The notes: generated by a model from the sequence alone, not told the origin. 64,000 nucleotides of DNA from Chlorokybus atmophyticus (GCA_009103225.1 RHPI01002204.1:1-64000); one strand, 5' to 3'; shown: positions 22,991 through 37,046, counted from the stretch's first letter. Translations and numbers: made by a program.

Positions 22991-23899
22991 CATGGTACAC
23001 GGTTGGTACTGTACTGTGTGCACGCTGGCTATGCCCTCCCATGCCCGGCCACCCTCGGCGACCCCCGTCACCCCCTCCCACCATGAGGGATGCGAGCCGG
23101 CCCTCCGACAGTATCACGGGTTGAACCTCGCGCTCCCGGTCCCGCTCTAACCTAACCAGCCTGCCGGGCGGTTACCAGCTGACCGGAAACGCTGCATCAG
23201 TAACAACACGGAGCCTGTTCAGTGTGACAATGTCAGCCGGGCGCGGCGTAGCTACCGTTCGTCCGGCAGCCTAAACAATGCGAGTGTACGTCGAGACCTT
23301 CGGCTTCATCGAGCGGAGTCGGAACCCTTCCGTCTACGGAGACGCCCGCGGAGACCCGCGGAGACACCGGACGGCCGGCGCCCCGCCGGCCCCGCGCGTC
23401 TCCGCTTAACCGAGGCGTCGGCGGTCGACGCGCACGCGCCGACGCTGACGCCATTAACGTCGGCGGCCACGCCCGTTGCAACGGCGCTGGGGCGGTGGTC
23501 TGGGCGGGCGGGGCGGCGAGCTCCTTGCCGCCTCCGCCCGGCAAGCAGCGGAGAGAGGGCGGCGGAGGGCAGGGTGGTGTGGGTGAAGCGGAGAGGGCAG
23601 GGTGGCGTGGGCAAACCGGAAGGTGGCGAGCTTTTCGCCGCCTGCTCCCTGCAGGCAGCGGAGAGACGGCTGCGCTGGGCAGGGTGGTGTGGGCCGGCGA
23701 GAGAGGGCGATGGGTGACTGGCGGTGCGTGGGGCGCGAGCGAAGCAGCTGCTTTGTCGTTTGTAGGTTACTTTTTCATAAGTGTTCAATCGTTGGCTTGT
23801 TAGCAGTCGCTGCAGTTGCAGGGGGTGTTCTGTGCCTAGGCTTGTTTATCTAATGAATGGCTTACAAGACTGCAAGAGTGTGTATTCTGACATTTGCAG

Positions 23900-24730
23900 G
23901 GTTGTTGTGTGTGTAGGCATACACGCACATTACATGTAGCAACTGTAAGAGTGTGACTGGCGAACAATTGCAGTGTTTGTTTTAAGCGTATGTGTGCACA
24001 CGCATGCAAGCGTACACACACACTATATGCACGCAGCAGCTGTACCAGTGTATGCGTCTGTACTTGACTGCGCACGCACACTGCATGCAGCAACTGTAAG
24101 AGTGTGTGACTGGGGAACAATTGCAGTGTTTGTTATAAGTGTAGGCGTGCACAAGCATGCATGCGTACACTCACACACACAATGCACGCAGCAGCCATTA
24201 CATGTAGCAACTGTAAGAGTGTGACTGGCGAACAATTGCAGTGTTTATTTTAAGTGTATGCGTGCACACGCATGCAAGCGTACACGCACACTATATGCAC
24301 GCAGCAGCTGTACCAGTGTATGCGTGTGTACTTGACTGCGCACGCACACTGCATGCAGCAACTGTAAGAGTGTGTGACTGGGGAACAATTGCAGTGTTTG
24401 TTATAGGTGTAGGCGTGCACAAGCATGCATGCGTACACTCACACACACAATGCACGCAGCAGCTGAACGGGTGTACTCGTGTGTACTTGACTTGTACTTG
24501 ACTGGCAATAGTTGCAGGGTTTGTTGTATGTGTAGGCGTGCACATGCACGCACAGTGCACGCAGCAGCTGTACAAGTCTAAGGGTGTACATGACTGGCAA
24601 TAGTTGCAGGGTTTGTTGTATGTGTAGGCACATGCTTGTTTTGTTCAAATGTAGGCGTGCACATGCACGCGCACACACACTCACAGTGCACGCAGCAGCT
24701 GTACAAGTCTAAGTGTGTACATGACGGGCG
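23900..24730. repeat. Degenerate tandem repeat, ~268 bp unit built from two ~130-138 bp subunits
   Basis: CAACTGTAAGAGTGTGACTGGCGAACAATTGCAGTG recurs at 23940 and 24208; related subunits in between and after. Confidence 0.85.
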
Positions 24731-25073
24731 ACAGTTGTAGTGCTCAGTTGTATTGGTTAGCTAAGTTGTTTGAAAAAGTATTGGCCCTGGGTGGTCAGCC
24801 TTGCAGTCATAGTGTAGGTGGTAGCTGAGTAACTAGATTAGTAAAGCCCCGTGGTAAGTAGTACTTGCTGCTGTTGGCATGCTGTGCGCTCGTTACTTGA
24901 ATGTAACATGCATGGACATACGCACCTCATTTCATGTACATTGTGGCACATGTATCTACACAGCCAGCCAGCACCAATTCCCGCCCACTTCACTTACAGA
25001 TACACTACCTAGAATTCAAGCATGGCTATCAATGTGCTTATGTATACACACATGTACATGCTCAACTCTTAAC

Positions 25074-28000
25074 TCAATCAAGGCATGTCTCCTCTGCTCC
25101 TGCATCGTCATTCAAAGCTTTACGCTTGCCGGAGCGTTGCGCGCGCAGCTGATCACAAAGCTGTGTGATCGTCATTGCTTTTCCTCGACGGTGTTGTGCG
25201 GGGTCATTTCTGTGAGCATCAAGTCGCATTGCTGCATCCTCTTCAGATATGCCCAAGTCTTTGGCCGTCCTCATTACATGCTGATAGATGATGTTGCACT
25301 TGTCGGAAAGCTTCGCCATGGCGCGGTCTCCTTGCCGCCAAGCTGTCTTATGCAATTGCATAAGCTCTCTGACCGCTGGTCCACCATCCAAGCCGGATGT
25401 GTATTCGGTCCAGATGTCCACTACAGTCGACAACTCCTTCTGCAACTGATATTTTGGCGGAATGCCGCGTGCGTTCGACAGAGATTGAGGGAGTGGTTGC
25501 GATGTCGATGCACGATGTGTATCTCTGGCAGGTGCTGCGGAGCGTACGTTATTGCCTGCTGAGCTGTCCGCTCCGAAGTGCACTCCCTGTTGTGCAAATC
25601 CTTCACGCATGAAGCGCTCCATGCGAGTGAGTCTTACATCCACAGACGCCTCGAAAGCAATCAGCATCTGCTGCTGCGCTGTCACGTGGTCCATCACCAT
25701 CTGCAGTAGCCGCTCTTGCTGTCGCATGATGACGGCAATCTGCACAACAGTCAATATTAACATGTATCATATTATACAGGCTGTATATTGAAATGAGTTT
25801 AACACATCACATTACATGCTCAAAATAACATACCCGCTCAGGCAGTGTGTCGTACTGTGGGTTTGGCGCAGCCATTGACTGATCGTGAGCAACACATACT
25901 TGTGCGGCTCAAGCCTCGAACTCAGGAGTCTGGAACATAGGGTGTGCACATACGCTCAGAGCGGCGAGTCCGCACTGCTGCATATCGCCCCGCGTTAACG
26001 TTATGTCACGGCGCATCATAGCTACATCCTGAGTGATCAATACAACAAGTTATGCATTGTTCACATATGGGCATTAAAAATTTGCATTACCCCATAACGT
26101 CAAGCATGTTTCTGACCTGAGCAATGACGTCACGCATGTAATCGCGGAACTCGCAGTGCTTGTAAGCGGCATAATCGGTCTGACCGGACGCTCGCTCTCT
26201 CTGGCAATACACGCTTGTTATTAAACAATTGAATAAATAATAATACAACATACACAAACAAACACATCATGTCTGCTCATACCGCGCGTATCGCCTCCAT
26301 AGCCAAGCCATGGGAAAATCTCACGCCGTAGTGTATGCGGTAGTGAAAATCGAGAGCGCGCCAGAATGTATTTCGATGACAGTTGCTCACCACCGTGCCC
26401 GGCTATCACAGCGCAAGTAGCCACGTCCAACTTGATGACGTACGACAATGAAAGTGCTCATTGTTCCAGCTTCCATTCTGCTTAATCCCTTGCTCTGTAG
26501 CGCTGCATAGCATAAGTATATAAGTTTACGTGTTAGCAGCCATTCACCATTGAAGCAACAACACATGTAAGACTTACCCTGCATTTATAGCTTGCTGCGA
26601 TGACTCCTTTCGCGAAGCATGTACCTTTTGCCTCCCGCGCACAGTGTCGCACTCTTTAAACGCCTCACAAGCGTTAACGTACTGCTGGTTGTATGATAGG
26701 TGCTTGCTGGGGTCTTCTCCTGGAAACAGTGGTTCTGCATACCTGTTGAAATGATCACAAGTGTGTTGACTCAATCATATACGTTGCATCTATAACTCAG
26801 TCATATAACTCAGTTATATATGTTGCATTTATCGTGAGTTATAGCTATAACTCACGAGCAGCATTGACAGACTTTACACACTAACCAAGCTGCTCGTGTT
26901 GAGAAGTCTGGCGGTGGGCGCTCCTGCAAGTGATACTTATGGAAGAGGTGCATCGCCATTGCGTTCTGCCAGCACGCTACTGGGTTCCAATGCCTGAGCC
27001 CGCCAAAGTAATCAAGCATTCAACTCCACCATTCTGTTGAACAAACATATTTGAGGTTAACTTATGTGGTATCACATGCATTGTGCATTAAACTCTTATT
27101 ACATCAAGCCGTGCGCATGTAACATATATACCTTGTTCATCTTGCCGTTTCGAGACACAAAGCACAGGATGACGCCTTGATCCGGGCCTAAAAAGGTCTT
27201 GTCGGGCTTGTAGATGAAAAGATCGCAGATCTCTACAGCGCGCGAAACATCTCCACGCAAGAAAAACACGTGCCGTAAATACAAATCAAGCCTAGAGTGC
27301 ATACACAAAATGTTAGACCATAAACATAATGCGAACACAAGCATCTGACTACTGTACATACCGTGCTCTCAGTGCTGCTGCCTGTTTTGCTGCGTTCCCT
27401 GATCGCAGCGCCTTTTGCAACCAATACTCGCTCATTCGTCGATTATCATCTGCAGTGTACGACTCCGCACCCGTGCCGGCCAACCGATCGCGAAACTCAC
27501 TGTTATAACAATCAAACTATAATGCATAAGGTAAATAAATAAGCAGTTGTGCAATGAAACATACTTGGACTGCAATATGTGTAATACACACACATGCTCG
27601 AAGTGTAGTACATGCATGCAGTGCTTACGCTTTTGCTTTGCTGGAGATGTTTCGTTTGGCTACATTTAAGATAAGCTGCACTGCTTGCTTCTTTCGCAAG
27701 TCTTCAGGAAAACAGTCATCTACAACACTTTGATCTTTCAAAGCATCCTGCAAGCCCTTCACATAATTCTCCAAAGTGCTCCAAGACTGGTCTTGTTTGG
27801 AGATTACAAACTCTAACGCGCGATCAATGGTTACGCGCGTTAGTAGGCCATGCTTTGTGCACCAACCCTGCAGACATGTACATGCACACTTCAGTCAGCA
27901 TGCCATCATGTCGTCACACAACATTATGTTGATGCTCCAAGACACTTAGGCCTCATACCCCATCAGCCTTTACAACGCGTGTATAGGCAGCTCTTGTGGA

Positions 28001-28102
28001 CGATGGTCGAGCTGCTTGCTTGGCCGAAAAGAGATCCGACACTGTTCGTTTGCGTAACGGCGCATGCTGCATATCATCATCATTAAAGTCTTCGTTGTCC
28101 AT
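25074..28102 (-). mobile_element. Crypton-type DNA transposon gene (tyrosine recombinase + C-terminal GCR1_C), with frameshifts
   Basis: Spliced peptides STRAAYTRVV...WC, STLENYVKGL, DRLAGTG..YT, FFLRGDVSR...GKMNK, GGLRH...PDFS, KVHASRK, GSWNN, LSYVIKL...EIFPWL, then PKYQLQKELSTVVDIWTEYTSGLDGGPAVREL. Frameshifts near 26455 and 27020. Confidence 0.8.
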
Positions 28103-30489
28103 TGTGGCTTGACGGGCGTTCCTGCCCACACCTCATTGAGTTGCCACAGCAAGACACAACAACCGCAACAAGCGCTGAATGTTGCACAACAACAACAACA
28201 ACCAGCAGCACAAGTGCTGGTTGTTATTGTTGTTGCCACAGCAAGACACAACAACAACAACAAGAGCTTGTGCTTGTTGTTGTGGTTGTAGCAACAGTTA
28301 GCAAGCAACAGTAATAACATGGACGACATATGCTTACAGGGTTGATGTTGCTGTGTGATGTCGCTGTGAATCCTTGCTTTGCTACCGTGAGCTACACCTG
28401 CTCCTGACATGCTGCACCTGCATGTACGCGTGTAAGTGCGCATACTGCAAAGACAGAGTGATAGAGCATGTGCATGCTCATGCGTGCGTGTATGTATGGC
28501 CAAGTGTGTGCTCTGTGTGCGTTGGTGCAACGATTTGCCCTCCCCACCCCCTTACGCACAGCAGCCTGCTGTGCGTAAGGATGGCTCCACCGCCGCTTGG
28601 TGCTTTAAGCCGTGCACTGCAAGCGCAGGCAGCGCCTGCACCCTTAACTTATCTAATCCATGAGAGCACTACAACCCCTTTTCCCACTCCTTCAAGCTAC
28701 TTTCAGCGCCGCCGCCGCCGCCAACGTTAACGCCAACGCCAACGCCAACCTGACGCTCACTGGCTCACTGTTAAGCGTTAATCTCGTAACGCTTAGGCTG
28801 GGGGGAGAGGAAAACTTAATATCTAATCACTACTTGGTTATGTACATGTAACGTACCTAACCTAAATGACTGACGGAGACATAATTGTCTACACAAATAG
28901 CCGGCACACTGTCTACGTAGACAATTATCAATACATATACGCATTCGGTCTCAGTTCGCAGCTCAACGCATGCTTCCCATACCAACAGCTAACTGCTGAT
29001 TTAACTAATTGGAACTGCGCCCTTTGCCGCTTGTTTGACAGCGTTACTAGCAGTGCAACGAACGAAAGCTGCATGATTAACTGGAGCTGCGCAGCCGACA
29101 TTGCAATTTTAAATTGCGCAGCATTGTTTGCGCGGCAACCGCAGACTCTGGTTAGGCTCAAGTGTACCTAACTTAACCGGCGGCTCGACCGGCGACAGCG
29201 TATACCGGAAACTTTAGGTGTAGGCCTATCAGCGAATGTGTCTGCAGCGCATGTATATATATGTGAATTTGTGCACTGCCTTGACCAGCGGTAGGACTTG
29301 GTGTGCTGGAGGGGCGTTGATTGTTGGCGGCGGCTTGTAACCTGGGGGCGCACTGCACTCATGCTCACACAGTCTCTGCTTGCCACGCTGTGGTCCAGGT
29401 ACTCATGCGACTGTTGCTTTACTTTGTTGAGCTGCAGCGGTGCTGAGACTGCTTGACTGACACAGCTGCATGCTGCGTGTGCAGGCTCCTGGCGGACCCC
29501 CTGGCCCTCATAAAGCTTGCCTTTACGCCTGGTGGGGCTTACACCCATCTGACTTCCGTTGCCGCTGCTCCCTCTTTTGCCTCCACCATGATGTCCGACA
29601 CCAATGCCAACGCACTGCGCTCGGAGCGCCAGCTGGCGCTTGCCCTTCAGCCTTATCATGAGGTAGGCTAGCACGTAGTGCTCACGCCACATAAGTTTGC
29701 ATGCATGCGTGCCATCGACGTCGCCTTTCAAGTCATGGGTATCACCACAGTAATTGCGGTAGCTATTGGTCATCAACATTAGCACGATGCATGTTAATAG
29801 ATGTGTGCGACCATGACATGTCGCTAGTAGTCTGAAGTGATGCAGTGCTATGAGAACATTGCTGCATGTGAGACGCTCCGTCAATGGAACTCCAGCTACC
29901 GCATAGCTCTGCTTTTAACGAAATGTGGTTGTGCAACTAGGCACGAGGTGGCAATGATGATATTATGTGCGAGTTTACGGGGCTGCTAATGTCGCAAGAA
30001 GACATCGACAAGCTGATGCATGAGCTGCAACAATATGAGAGCAGTTTGGATCTCAAGTTGACGTCAAGCACGTGCTCAGGCAGCTCGGCAGCATACGATC
30101 GGACCACGAGGTTTTACAGAGCCAATGTTACCACACCTTTTAAAGTGATCATGAGCTGATGGCAACGATCGACACCTTCATTGAAAACATTTTCCTGAAG
30201 TTGCCTGCTGCTCTGAGGAAGGCTAACAAGACCACCAACAGTTGCATCATGTGCTTCCAAGACATTTTTAAATATCATCATTATCATCATCATCAAATCC
30301 GCAAATAAGCTGCTTAATGCCAAAATTAAGTGCTTCAAGGCGGTGCTCAAGCTAGAGAAGTTCCTTCTATAGCTCCTCAACTTAGCAGGCTGCCAAATGG
30401 CCTCCAACAAAGCTTGGAAACTAATTGAGGACATCCATACGCTTAACAACTCGGTGCGAGTACTTATACTGTATGCATGACTGCATGCG

Positions 30490-31778
30490 AGCCCACTTAT
30501 GGGGAGTGGCTGACGGTCAGCTTGGTCTCTTGCTTGGTCTGCAGGGCGAGCTCGTGTGGCAGGCTGACTCGGCGTTGCAGCAGCATATGTTCGAGAGTTT
30601 CGTCAGTGGGTGAGGCAGCGCATGGCAATCGGGATCGTACCCGCAGATTAGCATCAGCGGGCCAATCCAACACGGGAAGATGGCGTGGAATATATGCTCC
30701 GCCTGTTGAGCAAAGTGGAGCGCTCCAAGGCCGTCAGCAAAGCAGAAGCCAAGGCAGCGTTGCAGCAATTGTACCGACTTCTCGTGACACCTATCCAGTC
30801 CTATCTGAAGGGTGTCACGCACATTGTCTACATCCCTGACCGGGTGCGTGTCCCAAGTTCTTGAGCTTAGCCTCTTCCCTCCATGTCTCTTGCATGCAGC
30901 AACGCAGGCTTACATGCCATGCAGTGCATGCAAGCGCCGAGAAACGCATAAGATATGCACGCGTGCTTACATGCTGTGGCGTAGGTGCTGGCGCAGAGTG
31001 CCCTTCCGCCCCATAGGACGGCGAGTCCTATATGGTGGAGAGATTTACCATGTTCATGGCACTCTCTCTCAGCGGTCTTGAGGAGTGCCTCTTGCGTTAG
31101 CAGCATTTGTCACAACGCAGCTCGCAACGGACTTGGCTAGCTGTGTGCAACCCTGCCCAGAGCCTGGTGCGTATATCTGGTATTTTGCGAGGCAACATAG
31201 TAAAACACTTGCAGTCTCCGGCCGAAAAGGCTTCAGCAAAATTGCAGGCTCCCGCATTGGCCACTGCTATTGACCTGATGCAAGCCCTCCCAGAGGCCAT
31301 CCTACTACTTACCATTTGTCATGGCATAGTGGGGGACACAGATGAGCGCAGCTCAGATGGTGAGCTCGAGCTTGCCTCGGGCATGAAATTGTCCATTGCG
31401 GACATCTGAGCTCGAAAGCTGCGTGCGAGGCTCAGTGTGTTGTACGCGTGTCATTCGAGCTACAGGCGGAGCACTGCAGAGGGCGTCATCGCCGTCGATC
31501 GCGCCCTTATGTCCGCAGGTTGCTCCTGCACGATTGGAGCGCTCTGGCAAGTTAGCCTGGTGGTGGTGCAGAGGCATCTTGCGACATTCATGCACTACCT
31601 GGCAGCGCATGAAGGCGCTACAATCGCGAGCGCCATGCGGCAAGCCTCCCTGTCATTTATCAGGGATGGCAAGGTGCCCGTGCAGGACTCGGTTTGTGGG
31701 GCGCTGCCAATTGCGGACAAGGATCCAGGCCGTCCACGAATTCTATTCATGTGCTATCAACGTAACATGAAGAGGTGA
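30490..31778 (+). pseudogene. CHAT (caspase-like, HetF-type) domain gene, disrupted; degenerate 5' exons possibly from ~29450
   Basis: LQQLYRLLVTPIQSYLKGVTHIVYIPD, LLTICHG, LYACHS, EGVIAVDRALMSAG...GALWQV and IASAMRQA follow CHAT motif order. In-frame TGA at 31407-31409. Confidence 0.72.
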
Positions 31779-33192
31779 TTGCAAGATTGTTAATGCACAG
31801 CGTGTCCGTTTAAAGTTAAATAATACAAATAGAAGCAAACGCATCTTTCGCCGCCGTTAATGGTGGTAATACTCTCAACAAAAATTTTTGGCCACGCTAA
31901 ATGGCCCACCATGTATGTCATCGTTTTGTCACACCCGTGTATCGCCGCAAAATGCCCATATTGGGGTCCATTATAAAAGTCCGCAACGAGTCCTGGCACT
32001 AAGACGGGCACTGCCTATTTGCGACGATATCGTAAGATTCTATATTATAGTGCAACCCTAAGAAGTTCCGGTAGTTGATGCACTGCTCTTGATGCCTGGG
32101 GAAAGCTGATGAAATCTTGGCGAAAGCTTGTACAGCGTTATACAATTTCACGGAAAAAACCAGCTAGCAGCTTGCATGTCATTTGCGTTTGCAATGCACA
32201 CCTTAAGTAGCAGCTACTAGAACAATCATATTTTTGACAAAAGCTATGCCTGAATAAATATAGGTGCGCTTGATGCATGGGTAGCGACACATATCATCAT
32301 GCCTCATATACATTACCTTTGGACACGTGTTATATATGTTATTATGCATAAAACGTTGTACTGCGCTGCCTTTATTATGTGTAGTTTACGCATATATACA
32401 TGCCTCTAAAATAGGTCACGCACCTGAACATGTCTTACGGATGCGTATGTGCATGAGATTCAATCTCGCGTGACCACCAGAAACTGCAATATGCAATGAG
32501 GTTTTGCCGGAGACAGGGGGTTTCGCCAATTACTACATGTAGGATGGAATGCCTCTGCTGAAACGTAGCAACCCCTGGCAAAATTGGCATTCGCAAAACC
32601 GCAATAAATCACCGCTAACATTGGTGACATGAAGGAGGCAGCATCGGCCACGTGCCAGCTCGCGGTGTGGCGGGAGGTGGGAGGAGGTGGCGGGGAGTGA
32701 CAGGGGTTGCGTTAGGGCGAGCATGGCAGGCGCTGCGCCGTCGCCGTCGACACCAGCCTCGCCGACATTTTCGGCACCGGCGATGACACTCGGACAGAAA
32801 GAGAGTCACTGACACTCTCCAAGTGCTTCCGAGCAATATGGAGAGCGGCGAGAGGTGCAAGGCGGTGAGAAGGGCTGGTGCGCCGCACCACGACATCGCT
32901 GCCGCCGTGGTCCACGTCCCGGCGGCCAGTCGGTGGGCTAACCAACCGCAGAGCAGGTGGCGTGGTCTGGAGAACGCAGAACTCCGTTCGTCTCCATCCG
33001 CCGACTGTCGATAAAGCGGGAACTTGTGAGTAACACATGTGCCGACACCTGTTGGCGCAAGACGGCACGGTTGTAGGATTGCGCCATATAAGCATGACTG
33101 TAAGGCGTTCCCAAAAGTAGCAGGCGGTTATGTGCATGCATGCACGCACACATGCATGCATGCATCCTTGATGCTTTTGCTGCGTGGCGGCC

Positions 33193-35260
33193 ATGGCGGC
33201 GGCGGTCGCCGCAGGGAGGTGAGCTCAATCCTTTTTGCCGTTGTCGATATCGGCGTCACATAGCGGGTGGCAGCGTAGAGGATCTCGGCTCTGGTCCCGC
33301 CCAAGACAGCCCCGAGGAGGCTGTGTCGCTGGCGGTGGTATTCACCGCAGCACAGAACGCTGGTGGGCTAGGGTTTGAGGGGCTTAAGGTGTACGCTTGC
33401 GCTGGTGAAGGAGGAGAACATACTTGGCCAGACGATAGCTAGCAGCTTGAAGATCTTTAAATTAAGGAGACTGACTTCTTCTTTGATGCAGGCAATGCCG
33501 ACAGGTAGCAAGCACCCGTCTTCGCAAGTGAATGATTACGTACTCTTGAAACACCCATTTTTCCAGTACATGCATGTCTTGTGATTGTAATGGATTATGC
33601 TTGGCATACTTGTGTCGCATGCACAAGCAGGCAAGCTTTCTCTTCACCTCTGTGGTTAATTATTGCATGCAGTGACAACACTGATTGCACTCTATGCACG
33701 CATGCATCAATGCTTACAATACAAGCATGAGCAGCCAAGCTTCCTCTTCACCTCAATTTATTATCTGTCGCATGCATGCAGTGACAACATCATCCACACA
33801 TTCCATGCATGAAAGCCTACAAGCAACCATGCATCTCCTCAGGCGACATGGAAGCTGGCTACGGAGCATGCTGATGATGACGATAGCAACTTGCTTTGAA
33901 AGTAACCGTGGCGCAGGCAAAGAAAGCTATGAGGCTTGAGCTGGACGAGATCAAGAAGGTGATGAGCGACTTTGTGACAAATGGGAACGCTACACAGAAC
34001 CAGGAAGACATTGATACTGTCTACATTGACGAGGAGGAGGAGGAGCCGTTTGGCTGTGGCTGTGGCGGGAACTGTGTCGATACTGTCTACGATGAGAAGG
34101 AGGAGGAGGAGGAGGAGGTGGAGGCGGAGGATGACTTTGATTGTGGTTGTGGCTGTCACGGCAACTGTCTGAATACCGTCTACGAGGAGGAAGAGGTGGA
34201 GGAGGAGCAGGAGGAGGAGGAGGAAGCTCTCTCTTTTGTGTGGCTGTGGCTGTGACGGTGTCGATACTGTCTACGGCGAAGTGCCAGAGGCGGAGCAGGC
34301 GGGGTACTTTGACCTTCAAGTTGGCTGTGGCTGTGGCTGTGTAGGTGATTGCAACGATAATTGCGACGGTATGCATGATGTCTAGTTTGAGAAGGAAGAG
34401 GCGGAATTTGACAATAATGATGACTGCGATGGTGACAGTAACTAGAACTGCGAGTATGAGGTGGTGGAGAAGGAGGAGCAGGAGGAGAAAGAGGTAGAGG
34501 AGGAGGTCGGGAAGGTAGGCAATCTGTTGGACAGAGATGAGGAGATGTCATGGGCTCGCTTCACGAAAAACTCCTCGCATAAGACAGAAAGACAGGAGAA
34601 GGAGAAGGAGGATGCTTCCGTGCATACGCATGCACATGGGCGAATCAAACAGGGTGAAGGCGTCGAGGAGGAGATGCAGAAAATAGCAGGAGGCAGAGAG
34701 CCTTTGCAGTTCCCCGCTGCACAGTGACTGCAGGCCCTCTTTTTTTAATAATATCAAACAAGTCTGCATCGTGGACTGATGCACATGCATCGTGTCTATG
34801 CATGCATTTGTATGTCTTGTGTGAGAGGAGGGGCCCCCCCGCACAGAGCCGCGCGTGCCCTTGCGTGTGCATATGTTCGTGATTGTGTGCATGCGTGTTT
34901 GTGTAAATGTGTGTGCGCGCGCACAAGTGTTTGTTTCACGTAATGTATGCGCCGAAATGCATGCATGCATGCACGTGCGTTCACGCGCACTATACCAATT
35001 CTTGCTGAGGACTTGCTGGTAAGTTTTGATACCAGAGACAGACAGCAACCAACTGATGCGATAATGTTGGCCATTGTACAGTAGTGCACTAGTCGTCGTG
35101 TGCATGTGTATTCGTGCAGGTCTCACAAGATGCCGTTGTTTCCGGGCTTCTGTACAGTTGTTTAAATCTTTTGTAGTACATGTACATATGGTTGCCTTGA
35201 GTGGTTTGGCTACTGTTTGGCTGCCAGGATACTCAAAGGCTACGCGCCTTGTGTGGTCAA
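33193..35260 (+). pseudogene. Diverged, internally deleted tandem paralog of the 37012-40223 gene with acidic/CGCGC repeat expansion
   Basis: DNA similarity to 37012-37390, 37560-38090 and 40120-40360; stops and frameshifts; the CPBP-domain exons are missing. Confidence 0.7.
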
Positions 35261-37011
35261 CGACCACTAATCATGCCCCCCATTGTAATTAAAGCACCAC
35301 ACCCATCAATGCACAACATACCGCAAACGTTTGCGTTTTTTTATTTGCAAATGTTGCGTCCAAAGTGCATTAGAATTGTGTCGTTTATTATACTGGGTTG
35401 GACTGGCACAGTGTACAGCAGCCTGTTGGAGACTGCCTTGGCAAATCACCCGTCAATATCAGCCTATTGGAGGTCCGCAGCGGCGCGGTCGGACGGCGGG
35501 AAGTGGGGGAGTGGGTAGATCTAGTTGAGGGAGTGGACCCTTTATTGTGCATTGTCGAGCGGCGGCGGCGGGCAGGGCGAAGGGAGGCAGAGGGAACTCT
35601 CCTCTGGGAGAGGGGGGCGGGGGGGGAGATCTTAAACATGGGAGCCTGGCTTTCATAACTTATAATAAGATGACCGCTGTAAGTCCGGGCAAGCAGGTAC
35701 GTGGCAAGGTGTTAGCCGATCCTGTCCCCATGCGGCAGGAGCCGCCACCGATCTACAACCCCGACCCAACATCACAGTGGAGAATCCAAACTAGTCATTA
35801 GCAGGCAGTCAATCTTGCAGTGTCAACCAGCTATTCAATCTTTGCAAGCATACTTCGCTGCTCGTGTGTAACAAGATTGCTATGTAGTATGGTGTGCATG
35901 TTGACCCTTATAAATCAGCAGTATGTACATGTGCGTTTCTGTACAAAGAATGTGTGTTGATGTACATATGTGCGCATTCGGTGCACGCCGTGCCTGAAAG
36001 TGTAACATTCATCCAATACATTGTGCCATACATGCGCATGCATTTGCTTGCCTGCTTCAAGCTAGTAAGCAAGCAATAAAATGTATAACTATATACGCTA
36101 CAAGGCTATCCAGAGGCCTAATGTCATCAAGTGCAAGCAGCGGCACATGGGCAGCGTTGTTTAATAATCGCGACCATGACGACTACGCCGAAGACACGAG
36201 CAACAGCAGAATATTATCCATCGTCAAATGTGCGTCCAAAGTGTTGACAATAGACCACTTGCGTGGCATATAACGCTGTCATTCGTCAAGCATGATGTAC
36301 AAGTCTACATGATTCCCCGCATGTACGTTTTGTGATGGTGTGCAAGTGCTTGCGTGTGTGTAGAATACATATTGTGATCAATGTTACAATTGTGTGCGCA
36401 CGCTCATTGTGCAAATCTCACCCCACGCCAGCACCACATACATATGCGTGTGAGTGTTCAATACTCACAATGTGTACGACTCTTTATACGTCGATTACAT
36501 GTACATGACGCGCATGCTAGCTGATCGTTGTGCACCGTCGTGCGCATTTACGACACTGCTTGCAATCAATGCACAATGTGCTTGCAAAACGTGTCAGCAA
36601 ATATGAATGCACATAATGGCATTGCACGCAGCTTAGTTACCCGGCTCGCTTGACCCCTCAGTAGTTGCAACTCGCCAATGAAGCAATTATTTGTAACTTT
36701 CACCGAAACGAATGAGATGAAGCTTGTCGGTGTGATGCATACCCCAATATAGGCGAGTTCGTTGATGTATAACACCATCCGCTGACCGCCGACATCCTGA
36801 GACAGCCTGAACTTACAACAACACCTGTCGGCGCAACACAGCCCCGTTGTGACAACAGCGTTGTCCGAATCATGGAATGCAGCAAGCATACATGTAACTT
36901 GTTCAAGTCATGCCTATAGCCAAAGCGGACCTATACGCTGATCCTGAAATAGCAGCGTTGGCATGCATGCAAGCATGCCTGTGCTTGTGCGGCGTAGTAG
37001 CCGAGGCCAGC

Positions 37012-37012
37012 A

Positions 37013-37046
<34 letters not shown>

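Noticed and set aside
23140-23160. CTAACCTAACC as a telomerase RNA template
   Set aside because: It would template TTAGG, whereas the window's telomere-like motifs are plant-type AAACCCT; no clear Pol III promoter is visible.
4228-31409. Recurrent in-frame TGA stops as selenocysteine or readthrough recoding
   Set aside because: The same genes also carry frameshifts, and host genes end normally at TGA; mutational decay is simpler.
31790-32011. Retrotransposon integrase zinc-binding relic (GH..GCDKT...WP...C)
   Set aside because: Similarity is too short and degenerate, with no adjoining integrase core or RT.
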